64,000 nt of DNA from Flavobacteriales bacterium (GTDB taxonomy: Bacteria > Bacteroidota > Bacteroidia > NS11-12g > UBA955). Below are positions 10,608-20,023 of this stretch, piece by piece. The DNA is taken from assembly GCA_947447955.1 (NCBI GenBank), contig CANFLS010000003.1, positions 21,048 to 85,047 of the forward strand, read 5' to 3'. The number at the start of each line of letters is the position of its first letter. Position 1 is the stretch's first letter. The notes beneath the pieces were generated by a model, which was given only the letters and a program-made list of their open reading frames with translations, had not been told where the DNA came from and did not search any database. A program made the position numbers and the translations under genes.

Positions 10608-11324
10608 ATGAAGAAATCTATTATATACAGTTTGGCAGTAGGTATTTTTTTATTTACCCTTCATCCAGTTTTTGCTCAAGCAACAGAGCCGCTTGTAAAT
10701 CCGAATACCGATAAAGGACAAAGTGATCCGAAGTCGGAGGAGATATTAAAAAAGGTTGCTGCAATTTATAAGGGTTATAAAACAATCAATGCTTCTTTTA
10801 CATTAACCACAACATCCCTCAATAAAAAACCTGTTGTATCAAAGGGAAATGTTTGGATTAAAGGAAATAAATTCAAATTGGATTATGCAAGCCAAGAAAT
10901 TTTTTGCAATGGCAGTATTATTTGGACATATAATCCAGACGATGCAGAAGTTACACTAGAGGACTATAAAAAGCGTGACAACAGCATTACTCCCAATGAA
11001 ATATTTACGGTTTATAGCAAAGGGTATAAAAGCAAGTATGAAGGTCCTATTGTTACTGACGGAAACAAGGTAAGAGATGTAATTCGTTTGGTGCCTAAAA
11101 AGAAAGCCAACTATTCTTATTTAAAATTGGAAATAGACAATTCAAATTACAAAATCTGCAAGGTTATACAGCACTATAAGAATGGAACCGAGGTAAGTAT
11201 TGAAATGGTGAAATTAACGCCAAATACAGCTTTAAAAGATGAATTCTTTCAATGGACAGAAGCTGGCCACGAAGGGGTAGAAGTGGTAGATTTAACCAAA
11301 GCCAAAAAGAAGAAGAAAGGTTAA
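10608..11324 (+). CDS. lolA: outer-membrane lipoprotein carrier LolA family protein
   Basis: Signal peptide, KGNKFKL...NGSIIWTY pattern, position directly after ftsK. Confidence 0.8.
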   Translation: MKKSIIYSLAVGIFLFTLHPVFAQATEPLVNPNTDKGQSDPKSEEILKKVAAIYKGYKTINASFTLTTTSLNKKPVVSKGNVWIKGNKFKLDYASQEIFCNGSIIWTYNPDDAEVTLEDYKKRDNSITPNEIFTVYSKGYKSKYEGPIVTDGNKVRDVIRLVPKKKANYSYLKLEIDNSNYKICKVIQHYKNGTEVSIEMVKLTPNTALKDEFFQWTEAGHEGVEVVDLTKAKKKKKG

Positions 11325-11338
11325 TTAAATTAACCAAG

Positions 11339-11383
11339 GTATAAAACAGAAAAGGCGCCATTGGCGCCTTTTCTGTTTTATAC
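11339..11383. terminator. bidirectional intrinsic terminator (perfect 22-bp inverted repeat)
   Basis: GTATAAAACAGAAAAGGCGCCA-T-TGGCGCCTTTTCTGTTTTATAC between convergent lolA and sucD. Confidence 0.85.
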
Positions 11384-11395
11384 TCAATGTCTTTA

Positions 11396-12265
11396 TTACT
11401 TCATTACTTCGAACATACGACGTCCGATTTCAGCAGGACTTTCAACAACGTGAATTCCACATTCACGCATGATAGCCATTTTAGCAGCAGCAGTGTCGTC
11501 TTTACCACCAACAATTGCACCAGCGTGTCCCATACGGCGACCTGCAGGAGCAGTTTGTCCAGCAATAAATCCTACAACTGGTTTAGTACCATATTGTTTA
11601 ATCCAATGTGCAGCTTCAGCTTCCATTCCACCTCCAATTTCACCAATCATAACAATACCTGCAGTTTCAGGATCAGCCATGAAAAGTTCAATTGCTTCTT
11701 TGGTAGTTGTACCAATGATAGGATCTCCACCAATACCAATGGCAGTAGATTGACCCATACCCAATTTGGTTAATTGGTCAACTGCTTCGTAGGTTAAAGT
11801 TCCAGATTTAGAAATAACACCAATATGTCCTTTTTTGAAAATAAAACCTGGCATAATACCAATTTTAGCTTCTTCAGGAGTAATAATGCCTGGGCAGTTT
11901 GGTCCAATTAAACGGCAGTTTTTAGAATTTAAATATTCTTTAACCATCACCATGTCTTTGGTAGGAATACCTTCAGTAATTGCTACAATCACTTTGATAC
12001 CTGCATCTGCAGATTCCATAATTGCGTCAGCAGCAAATGCTGGTGGCACGAAAATGATACTCACATCGGCACCCGCCTCTTTCACTGCCAATTCTACAGT
12101 GTTGAAAACTGGACGATCTAAATGTCTACTTCCTCCTTTACCAGGAGTAACGCCGCCAACCACATTGGTCCCGTATTCAATCATTTGAGTTGCGTGAAAG
12201 GTTCCCTCGTTTCCGGTAAATCCTTGAACAACTATTCTTGAATTTTTATTAACTAGAATGCTCAT
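11396..12265 (-). CDS. sucD: succinyl-CoA ligase subunit alpha
   Basis: [37 protein letters not shown] (phospho-His). Confidence 0.97.
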   Translation of the reverse strand: MSILVNKNSRIVVQGFTGNEGTFHATQMIEYGTNVVGGVTPGKGGSRHLDRPVFNTVELAVKEAGADVSIIFVPPAFAADAIMESADAGIKVIVAITEGIPTKDMVMVKEYLNSKNCRLIGPNCPGIITPEEAKIGIMPGFIFKKGHIGVISKSGTLTYEAVDQLTKLGMGQSTAIGIGGDPIIGTTTKEAIELFMADPETAGIVMIGEIGGGMEAEAAHWIKQYGTKPVVGFIAGQTAPAGRRMGHAGAIVGGKDDTAAAKMAIMRECGIHVVESPAEIGRRMFEVMK

Positions 12266-12345
12266 GTGTATATTTTTGTTCGGCAAAAATAACGTTATCG
12301 CTTCAAATTGCCATAATAAAGTGAATTTATCACCTAAAATAAACG

Positions 12346-12939
12346 TTACTTTTCTATTAAACTGGTAATATCACTCGATAATGGACCAGTAGTAGATGCA
12401 AAGTAGCCCATTAAATGACCACTTTCGTCAATTAAATATTTATTGAAATTCCATTTAACTTCCGAATCCAATACACCATTTTTCGACTTTTTACTCAACC
12501 ATGAATATAGAGGATGTTGGTTTTGTCCTTTTACATCAATTTTTTGAGTCAATTGAAACGTAACGTCGTAATTCTTTTTGCAAAATGAACCAATTTGTTC
12601 AGGATTTCCTGGCTCTTGTCCGCCAAATTGATTGCAAGGGCAACCAATAATAACTAGTTTTTCAGGATATTTCTCGTGAAGTTTTTGCAAGTCTTCGTAT
12701 TGCGGAGTGAAACCACATTCGCTGGCCGTATTTACAAACAAGATCTTTTTGCCTTTGAATTGATTTAAATCAATAGGTGTTTTCTCATCTAAGGCCAATA
12801 TTTTAATGCCATAAAGTGATTCTGATGGTTGGCTTGACTGAACTGATTGCGCATCTATTGTTTTTGATTTTCCAAAAAAACAGCCTGTCATTAATGCTAT
12901 TAAGCCCGAAGCGAGCAACTTTCTTTTTAAATTTCTCAT
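12346..12939 (-). CDS. glutathione peroxidase family protein (Cys type, probably exported lipoprotein)
   Basis: [35 protein letters not shown]-terminal LMTGC lipobox-like segment. Confidence 0.9.
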   Translation of the reverse strand: MRNLKRKLLASGLIALMTGCFFGKSKTIDAQSVQSSQPSESLYGIKILALDEKTPIDLNQFKGKKILFVNTASECGFTPQYEDLQKLHEKYPEKLVIIGCPCNQFGGQEPGNPEQIGSFCKKNYDVTFQLTQKIDVKGQNQHPLYSWLSKKSKNGVLDSEVKWNFNKYLIDESGHLMGYFASTTGPLSSDITSLIEK

Positions 12940-12992
12940 AATTATTAAAGAAACAAAGATAACCAAACAAAGGTTTTCATTATTTTCGTAGC

Positions 12993-13844
12993 ATGAGAAT
13001 TTCTAATTTCTTTTTTGGAGGGATATTTTTGGCATTTTCGCTAATGAGCTGCGAGGAAGAGAATCCACCAATCAAGTTTACCGAACGACCATTATTAGAT
13101 ACTACCTACGTTAGTGCTGTTCCTAAAGCCCAAACAAAAAAGGTTTTTTTGGCTGATGTAACTGGTGTACGTTGTAACAACTGTCCGCGTGCTGCACAAA
13201 AAGCATTCGACCTAGAAGCTGCCAATCCAGGTAAGTTAGAAATTATGGCTATCTATCCAACTTACAAACCACTTTCTAATCCTTGGGGACCTCCATACGA
13301 TACCTTAAATACTCAAGATGCCGATGATTTGGCAAATTCTGTAGGAGTAGTTTCGGCTTTGCCTTCTGGTATCATTGATAACATTTCATACAATGGCAAA
13401 CGTTTGATAGATGAAAATTCTTGGTCGGTAATCTTCGATGCCCAAAAAGTAAAAACTACCCCAATAAATATTGATATAGCTGCCAAATGGCTATCAGCCG
13501 ATAATAAAGGGAGAATTGAAGTAAAAGCAACTGCAAATACTGCCATTTCAAATGGTGTGAGTTGGGTTATTGCCATTCTTGAAGATGATATAATAGGTAA
13601 ACAATCTACAGCTACAGGAACTGAGGATAATTATGATTTTAAACATGTGTTGCGCAAAATTGTAAATTCACCTATGGGTGACCCACTAAAAACTCCTATG
13701 GTTGCTGGCTTTACAACTGAGAAGCACTATTACATACCTAGAGTTGCCAAATGGAAACCAGAGAACTTGAGTTGTATTGTTTGGGTATTTGACAATACCA
13801 CCAAAGAGATTTTACAAGTAAATAAAGTGAAATTTTCAATGTAA
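12993..13844 (+). CDS. Omp28-related outer-membrane lipoprotein (thioredoxin-like CxxC)
   Basis: Lipobox LMSC, TGVRCNNCP, ILEDDIIGKQ, HVLRKIV, C-terminal KEILQV. Confidence 0.8.
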   Translation: MRISNFFFGGIFLAFSLMSCEEENPPIKFTERPLLDTTYVSAVPKAQTKKVFLADVTGVRCNNCPRAAQKAFDLEAANPGKLEIMAIYPTYKPLSNPWGPPYDTLNTQDADDLANSVGVVSALPSGIIDNISYNGKRLIDENSWSVIFDAQKVKTTPINIDIAAKWLSADNKGRIEVKATANTAISNGVSWVIAILEDDIIGKQSTATGTEDNYDFKHVLRKIVNSPMGDPLKTPMVAGFTTEKHYYIPRVAKWKPENLSCIVWVFDNTTKEILQVNKVKFSM

Positions 13845-14746
13845 TGTTGGGTTGGGATGAAGCTATTGTTGGGTTTGCCCAATATTTAACCCTTGAAAAG
13901 TCTTTATCCAAACACAGTATTGAAGCATATCAACGCGACATAGAAAAATTGAAATCTTGGTCCATTGGCCAAGGGGTTAATAATTCTTTGTCCCTCAAAA
14001 GAAAAAATCTAGAACAGTTTTCTGCTTTTATTGCCGAATTGGGATTTCAAGCTACGTCGCAAGCTAGAATAGTTTCTGGTGTTAGGGCATTTTATAAATA
14101 TTTGGTGCTCGATGATTGGTTGGCTGAAAGTCCTGCCGATTTTTTAGAACCGCCCAAAGTGGGTCGGAAATTACCTGTGGTTTTGAGTCCCGATGAAATC
14201 GATGCCATGATCAACACCATTGACCGTTCAACCGACGAAGGTGAACGCAACGTGGCAATGCTCGAAACTTTGTATAGTTGTGGTTTGCGGGTTTCTGAAT
14301 TGGTGGGATTGAAAATTACCCATGTTCATTTGAATGAACAATACGTGCAGGTTTTGGGGAAGGGCAACAAAGAACGCTTGGTGCCAATTTCTCAACGGGC
14401 ATTAAAACACATCCAACTTTATACCAATAATATACGAAATAAACTCGACATTACCAAACAACACCGTGACTTGGTGTTTTTAAATCGTTATGGACGTGGT
14501 TTGACCCGTCAATCGGTATTCTTGTTTATCAAAAAAGCGGCCTTGATGGCTGGAATAGACAAGGTAATTAGTCCTCACTCGTTTCGACATAGTTTTGCCA
14601 CGCATTTGGTTGAAGCTGGCGCTGATTTGAGGGCAGTACAAGAAATGTTGGGGCATGAGAGTATCACCACAACTGAGATTTACACGCACTTAGATAGGAA
14701 TTATTTGGCGGATACTCTAATTAAGTTCCACCCGAGATCGGTTTAA
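13844..14746 (+). CDS. xerD: tyrosine recombinase XerD
   Basis: LYSCGLRVSEL, GKGNKERLVP, SPHSFRHSFATHL, LGHESITTTEIYTH. Confidence 0.9.
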   Translation: MLGWDEAIVGFAQYLTLEKSLSKHSIEAYQRDIEKLKSWSIGQGVNNSLSLKRKNLEQFSAFIAELGFQATSQARIVSGVRAFYKYLVLDDWLAESPADFLEPPKVGRKLPVVLSPDEIDAMINTIDRSTDEGERNVAMLETLYSCGLRVSELVGLKITHVHLNEQYVQVLGKGNKERLVPISQRALKHIQLYTNNIRNKLDITKQHRDLVFLNRYGRGLTRQSVFLFIKKAALMAGIDKVISPHSFRHSFATHLVEAGADLRAVQEMLGHESITTTEIYTHLDRNYLADTLIKFHPRSV

Positions 14747-15759
14747 TTAAACCAATTGGCCCAGGTTTTTTTGCCTTTCAGAAAGAATCCAAATACCAAA
14801 CTCGAATCAAGCACCCCCGACAATTGGGTTAATGGAACTGTATTTTCTGAAATTTGAAAATCATGCTTGTGCTTGTCGTAGTATTGGTGGGCTTTGATAA
14901 TTTGAATTACATGTTTTGGTTTTCCTTGCATAAGGAAAAGCACTCCTGCCAAACCATCAAAAAATTTGCGTTGTAAGATTCGTTTAGATTTAATATTCTC
15001 TGGCAAATTCTTATGCAACATCAATAATGAATTTCTGAAATTGAGGTAGGTCTTTTTGGGATTTTGGTTAGAAAGGGTTGCTCCTCCCATATGGTAAAAT
15101 GTACTTTGGTGGCAATTGTGAATGGTATATCCCAAAAGTTGCATGCGCCAACAAAGGTCAATTTCTTCCATGTGTGCAAAAAACGCTTCGTCGAGGCCGT
15201 TGGCCTTTTCCCAAGCTTCGCGCTTAACAAACATGGCTGCTCCAGACGCCCAGAAAATTTGTCCAGATTGATTGTATTGCCCGTTGTCTTTTTCTACGTT
15301 TCCAAAGATTCTTCCTTTGCAAAATGGGTATCCAAAAACATCTATAAAACCACCAGCGGCTCCAGCATACTCAAAATGGGTGCGTTTGAAATAATCTAAT
15401 ATTTTAGGTTGACACGCTCCGAAATTCGGATTGTTTTTGGCGATTTCTAAAATGGGTTCAAGCCAATTTGGGCCCGGTTCAGCATCAGAATTCAGGAGTA
15501 CAAAGTAATCGGCGGTTCTATTTTTGAGGGACAAATTATAGCCTCCTGCAAATCCAGAGTTGTATGGCAATACTACAACTTCTAAATTTGGATAGGTTGT
15601 TTTAACAAATTCAACAGAATCATCGGTGCTGGCATTGTCAACCACCACTACCTTGCAATTGGGGTAATTAGAATTCGCAATAACTTGCGGCAAACATTTT
15701 TCTAAAATACTCCTAGTGTTGTAATTTAAAATGACAATATCAACTGACGGTTGGGTCAT
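14743..15759 (-). CDS. glycosyltransferase family 2
   Basis: VVVVDNASTD, GFAGGYN, LLNSD, WASGAAM, HMEEIDLCWR. Confidence 0.9.
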   Translation of the reverse strand: MTQPSVDIVILNYNTRSILEKCLPQVIANSNYPNCKVVVVDNASTDDSVEFVKTTYPNLEVVVLPYNSGFAGGYNLSLKNRTADYFVLLNSDAEPGPNWLEPILEIAKNNPNFGACQPKILDYFKRTHFEYAGAAGGFIDVFGYPFCKGRIFGNVEKDNGQYNQSGQIFWASGAAMFVKREAWEKANGLDEAFFAHMEEIDLCWRMQLLGYTIHNCHQSTFYHMGGATLSNQNPKKTYLNFRNSLLMLHKNLPENIKSKRILQRKFFDGLAGVLFLMQGKPKHVIQIIKAHQYYDKHKHDFQISENTVPLTQLSGVLDSSLVFGFFLKGKKTWANWFN

Positions 15760-15761
15760 TG

Positions 15762-16136
15762 TTATTTTGCTTTCGCCATTTTCTTAAACGGCATAAAAAT
15801 AAATTGAGAATGTTGTCCGAAGAGCCACAAAATACACATGTTGTTTTTTGTATCGCCGAAGGCCTTAATGAATTGGTCTTTGCGGTCATCGGTAAGTATA
15901 TTCAATTCTATTAACCTTTCCATCACCGTTGCATTGATAGAAAATGGGAAATCAAACTCAGATCTGTCAATAATTAATTCTCCAATTTTTGCGTCTTCTT
16001 GGTGTGCCACAAAAATCGGGTATTCCGAAAATCCACCTTGTATAATATCGTCACTTACTTCTTTGAGCATTTCGTTGATCTCATTGAGTTGAGATTCAAG
16101 TGTTGTAAGGGCAGCTTCGATTTCTTTATTTAACAT
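15762..16136 (-). CDS. conserved hypothetical protein
   Basis: Translationally coupled between neighbours; SEYPIFVAHQ segment resembles a small Bacteroidota-conserved family. Confidence 0.7.
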   Translation of the reverse strand: MLNKEIEAALTTLESQLNEINEMLKEVSDDIIQGGFSEYPIFVAHQEDAKIGELIIDRSEFDFPFSINATVMERLIELNILTDDRKDQFIKAFGDTKNNMCILWLFGQHSQFIFMPFKKMAKAK

Positions 16137-18604
16137 TATCTTTCAATTTTAATTTTTTGGGTGAAAGATTTTTCAGGGGTAACAACCTGAACAAAATAAA
16201 CACCTTCCGCCAAATCGCAAACATCAATTTTGTTGTCTTCAACTCTATTTACATTCTTGCAAATTTTGCCGTTCAAATCATAAACGTTAATTGCTTGGAT
16301 GGTTGTTTGTAAATTTAGCTTTACGGTTACATATTTACTCGCAGGATTCGGAAATAAACTAACAAGTTTAAGTTTTTCAATTTTTTGGGTACTACTTAGA
16401 GGAGAAAGTTTAATTGCCCACATTCCTCTTCCATGGGTATATAGGAATAAAGTACGGTCTGAATTTCTCATTTTAATTTCGTGTACTTCTACGTTTGGAA
16501 TACGTGTGTCTTTGGTCCATGTTTTTCCTCCATCAACAGTGTAATAAAAACCAAAATCAGTTGCAGCAAATATTTTATTTTCAGGATCTTGAGGATCAAC
16601 AGCAACCATACTTACGGGCAAGCCTGGAGGCAAGTTTCCTGAAATGTTTTCCCAAAGTGGGGTAGAAGTTTCAAGGTTGCTCGCTTTCCAAACACGTCCT
16701 TGATTACTTACCGTGGTAAAGGCAACAAAAACTTGATATTTATTAACTGGGTTAATTGTAATTCCGTTAATGAAATCACTTGTAACAGTTGCTGGAACTG
16801 AAGCATTGAAACTTACTTCTGTGCCAATTGCTGTTCTTGCATTTTCTAATTTATACAATTGTGCTGCGGCTCCACCGTAATAGAATACAGGATCAGAATC
16901 TTCCGAAGAAGCCATTGCTTTAATACTTGGGCGGGATACCTTATTAATTTTCTCCCAAGCATCGCCACCGTTTGTAGTTCTATAAACACCACTGTTGGTT
17001 CTATAAAACAGCATGTATTGATCTGCCGGGTTCATGGTGTAGGCATTGATAAAGCTAATACCTTCTGTGGTGAATCGAGTGTCAGAAATGCTGGTGCTGT
17101 TTGAAGCACCCATGGTTGAGAAGTTATCGAGACGATTAATTCCTTCATTTTGGTATGAAACATAAGCTACGTCGCCATCTTGTTGACCAATATGGCAATA
17201 TGCGCCATCTCCGCCAAAAATTTGAGAAGTATTCAATGGGCCACTTGAAAACTGGGTTCCATTGTCTTGTGCGCCTGCAACTGCTCTAATTCCAGTTAAA
17301 TCGTAACTGCCCGCATAAAATTGAGTAACGTTATAGCCTGTATTTAAATTACCAAGGGCAGTTTGGCTGCTCCATTTAAATCTGTAAATTCCGCCGTCTG
17401 TACCCACAAGGTATTCATTGCTTGCAGTAGAAAATGCTGCAAAAGCGTGATTGTCGGCATGGATGCCTTTTAGCGATGACCATGAATTACCTCCGTTTGT
17501 TGACGATGCTGAATATTGGCAACCTGTAAATATTTTATTTGAATCGATGGCACTTACACCAATAGTTACGCAATAAGCTTGTTGTCCAGTTCCACTTGCT
17601 GTTGGCGTTGTTTTTAATTTCCAAGTTTTGCCACCATCGCTACTTTTGTAGAAGGCTGCTGGACCTGTATTGTAATCCCATCCTTCAAACAATGCATAAA
17701 TCACATTTGGGTATTTTTTAGAGTTGGCCATTTGAATAAGCCTATATGTACCTGCAACTGGTTTAGACGGAAAAGTAACAGGAATGAATGTGCCCGCTTT
17801 ACCGTTGCTATCAGAATAATACACGTTGTTTGATTGTTGTGAAAACAAAACACGGCCATTAGGCAAACATAAAATATCATTCACTTGTTTGCTTCCAGCT
17901 GTATAAACCGCCGACCAAGAAGCTCCTTTGTCTGTAGATCGGAACATTCCGGCTGTATTTGTGCCAACGAAAATGGTGTTGCTATCAGACTTCGAGTGTT
18001 CAATATCCCAAATTGCATCAAATCCACCTAGAGTTGCAGTTGAACTTAATTGGTTAAAAGTTTTACCTCTATCAGATGATTTGAAAACGCCATTTCCAGG
18101 GTTATGTAATCCACCGTATCGACATTCGCCGGTTCCATAGTAAATTTCATTGTTATTAAAAGGGTTTGAAGTGATGCAACTTGGTTGCAAAGTGACTTCT
18201 TGGTCGTTTAATGCTTTCCAAGATTTCCCCCCATTTTCAGAGCGCCACATTCCACCAGAAATTCCACCTGCCAAAATTAAATTATCGTTTGTAGGGTCAA
18301 TCCAAATAACACGGGTTCTGCCACCAACGTTATTTGGGCCAATTTCTATAACGGTATCAATGGTACTTCCATTGGCTCTATTGCTAATTTGAGAATGATC
18401 CCATTTATTCCATGTACTTTTTAACCATGAAGGAATTTCTCCATTTGCATTTTTTCTTTCGTTAAACCACTGTTCAAAATAGCCAGGATTTTCGCCGAAA
18501 ATTTGAGGAGAATGTTTAGGTTTTAGTAAAATACCTACCGAAAATAAACCTATAAAAATAATACTTAAAGAGATTGCGCTAGTGGCTCTTTGATTTTTGA
18601 ACAT
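16136..18604 (-). CDS. T9SS-secreted BNR/Asp-box beta-propeller (VPS10/glycosyl hydrolase-like) protein
   Basis: GPNNVGGRTR; many SxDGGxxW Asp-boxes; IHADNH; AGAQDNGT; GGDG; C-terminal LFPNPAS...GVYFVQV...TQKIKIE. Confidence 0.82.
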   Translation of the reverse strand: MFKNQRATSAISLSIIFIGLFSVGILLKPKHSPQIFGENPGYFEQWFNERKNANGEIPSWLKSTWNKWDHSQISNRANGSTIDTVIEIGPNNVGGRTRVIWIDPTNDNLILAGGISGGMWRSENGGKSWKALNDQEVTLQPSCITSNPFNNNEIYYGTGECRYGGLHNPGNGVFKSSDRGKTFNQLSSTATLGGFDAIWDIEHSKSDSNTIFVGTNTAGMFRSTDKGASWSAVYTAGSKQVNDILCLPNGRVLFSQQSNNVYYSDSNGKAGTFIPVTFPSKPVAGTYRLIQMANSKKYPNVIYALFEGWDYNTGPAAFYKSSDGGKTWKLKTTPTASGTGQQAYCVTIGVSAIDSNKIFTGCQYSASSTNGGNSWSSLKGIHADNHAFAAFSTASNEYLVGTDGGIYRFKWSSQTALGNLNTGYNVTQFYAGSYDLTGIRAVAGAQDNGTQFSSGPLNTSQIFGGDGAYCHIGQQDGDVAYVSYQNEGINRLDNFSTMGASNSTSISDTRFTTEGISFINAYTMNPADQYMLFYRTNSGVYRTTNGGDAWEKINKVSRPSIKAMASSEDSDPVFYYGGAAAQLYKLENARTAIGTEVSFNASVPATVTSDFINGITINPVNKYQVFVAFTTVSNQGRVWKASNLETSTPLWENISGNLPPGLPVSMVAVDPQDPENKIFAATDFGFYYTVDGGKTWTKDTRIPNVEVHEIKMRNSDRTLFLYTHGRGMWAIKLSPLSSTQKIEKLKLVSLFPNPASKYVTVKLNLQTTIQAINVYDLNGKICKNVNRVEDNKIDVCDLAEGVYFVQVVTPEKSFTQKIKIER

Positions 18605-18779
18605 ATACACAAATATACTAAAAAAGCAATTACCTATGGGAAGTTATCGATGGATTTTTGAAGAAAATAGATGCTAAATGGTAAACAATTCATTACCAAA
18701 TTGAAAAGATAGGATTATCATTTTAGTCATTTAATTAATTTTAAACCAATTTCTAAATATATTTGTTCCTTATCACACA

Positions 18780-19937
18780 ATGATGAAAAAAAATAAAACC
18801 CTCCTTATTGCAATTATTAGTTTAGTTATTATTAGTGCAATTATTTATTTGTCGCCTTATAGATATTTAGTAAAAGGAATTCGCTTAACCTATTTGAAAG
18901 GTGAAAAATCTGCGAATTATTTAGATTGGAAAGATTTCGATTTGCGCAAAATGGAAAATAATCCCGATAAGATTTTTATCATCCCTTCAAAACTTTACGC
19001 AAAAACCAATGGGTTAGATAAGAAGTTGCTTGATATGTTAACCAAAACAAATTCAGGTTCTTACATTGTAGTAAAAAACGACACCATTGTTTCAGAACAT
19101 TACTTCAATGGCATTACCGATTCATCTCAAACCAACTCTTTTTCTATGGCCAAAACCATCACAACTTTGTTGGTGCAAAAAGCCATTCAAGATAAAATTA
19201 TTGCATCTTGGGATGACAAGGTGATTGATTATTTGCCTTGGTTAACCGGTGAATTTGCCAAGGATGTAACGCTTCGTCATCTGTCAACAATGACAGCAGG
19301 TTTGGTTTGGAATGAAAGTTATGTGTCGCCATTTGGAGTTACAGCCAAAGCCTATTATAGCAATGATGTTGAAGCAGTAATGAAGCAGGTTGCTGTTACA
19401 AAAAAGCCAGGTGAGAATTTCCAATATCAAAGTGGTGCAACGCAGTTGTTGGGATTTGTACTGAAAAAAGCGCTCGACAAAACTGGAAAATACAAATCGG
19501 TATCAGAATTTGCTCAAGTAAATTTATGGAATAAAATTGGTGCTGAATATCCTGCGTTTTGGTCGTTGGATGCGGATAATGGCAAAGAGTTAACGTATTG
19601 TTGCTTTGATGCAACAGCACGAGATTTCGCTAAGTTAGGTCAATTGGTTTTGCATCATGGCAAAAGTGCTTGGGGGGAATCTATCATCGATTCTGCATTT
19701 TTAGAAATGGCACAGCAACCATATAAAAGTGCCAACTATGGACATTCATTTTGGATAGGAGAAGTTGATGGAATAAAATTCCCATATTTTCAAGGATTAA
19801 AAGGTCAGTACATTGCCATTGTAAAAAATGAAAATGCCGTAATTTTAAGAACAGGAAATGGCATCGACAAATCGCATGGAATGCCTGTGTTTGATTGCAT
19901 CAAAACTTATGTGAGTGAGGGTGTGAAGTTGAAGTAA
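18780..19937 (+). CDS. serine hydrolase, beta-lactamase/class C-like family
   Basis: SFSMAK (SxxK), LRHLSTMTAGL, FQYQS, ATARDFAKLG; N-terminal TM anchor. Confidence 0.85.
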   Translation: MMKKNKTLLIAIISLVIISAIIYLSPYRYLVKGIRLTYLKGEKSANYLDWKDFDLRKMENNPDKIFIIPSKLYAKTNGLDKKLLDMLTKTNSGSYIVVKNDTIVSEHYFNGITDSSQTNSFSMAKTITTLLVQKAIQDKIIASWDDKVIDYLPWLTGEFAKDVTLRHLSTMTAGLVWNESYVSPFGVTAKAYYSNDVEAVMKQVAVTKKPGENFQYQSGATQLLGFVLKKALDKTGKYKSVSEFAQVNLWNKIGAEYPAFWSLDADNGKELTYCCFDATARDFAKLGQLVLHHGKSAWGESIIDSAFLEMAQQPYKSANYGHSFWIGEVDGIKFPYFQGLKGQYIAIVKNENAVILRTGNGIDKSHGMPVFDCIKTYVSEGVKLK

Positions 19938-19947
19938 GGTAATTAAT

Positions 19948-19994
19948 TATTAAAAAGAGAAAAGGCGCCAATGGCGCCTTTTCTCTTTTTAATA
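19948..19994. terminator. bidirectional intrinsic terminator (perfect 23-bp inverted repeat)
   Basis: TATTAAAAAGAGAAAAGGCGCCA-A-TGGCGCCTTTTCTCTTTTTAATA between convergent genes. Confidence 0.85.
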
Positions 19995-20023
19995 TAGCTT
20001 GAGGGTCAATGTCCCTCAAAAAA

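Noticed and set aside
11387..12188. Several 90-130 aa plus-strand ORFs opposite sucD (similar ones opposite aconitase, ftsK and GH31)
   Set aside because: Antisense shadow ORFs of strongly codon-biased genes; no recognisable motifs.
13844..14746. Tyrosine recombinase as a possible integrase of a mobile element
   Set aside because: About 300 aa with housekeeping XerD motifs; no att-like repeats, tRNA or cargo nearby.
18780..19937. Possible antibiotic-resistance beta-lactamase
   Set aside because: Membrane-anchored SxxK serine hydrolase of a type common in Bacteroidota; no class-defining AmpC motifs and no mobile context.
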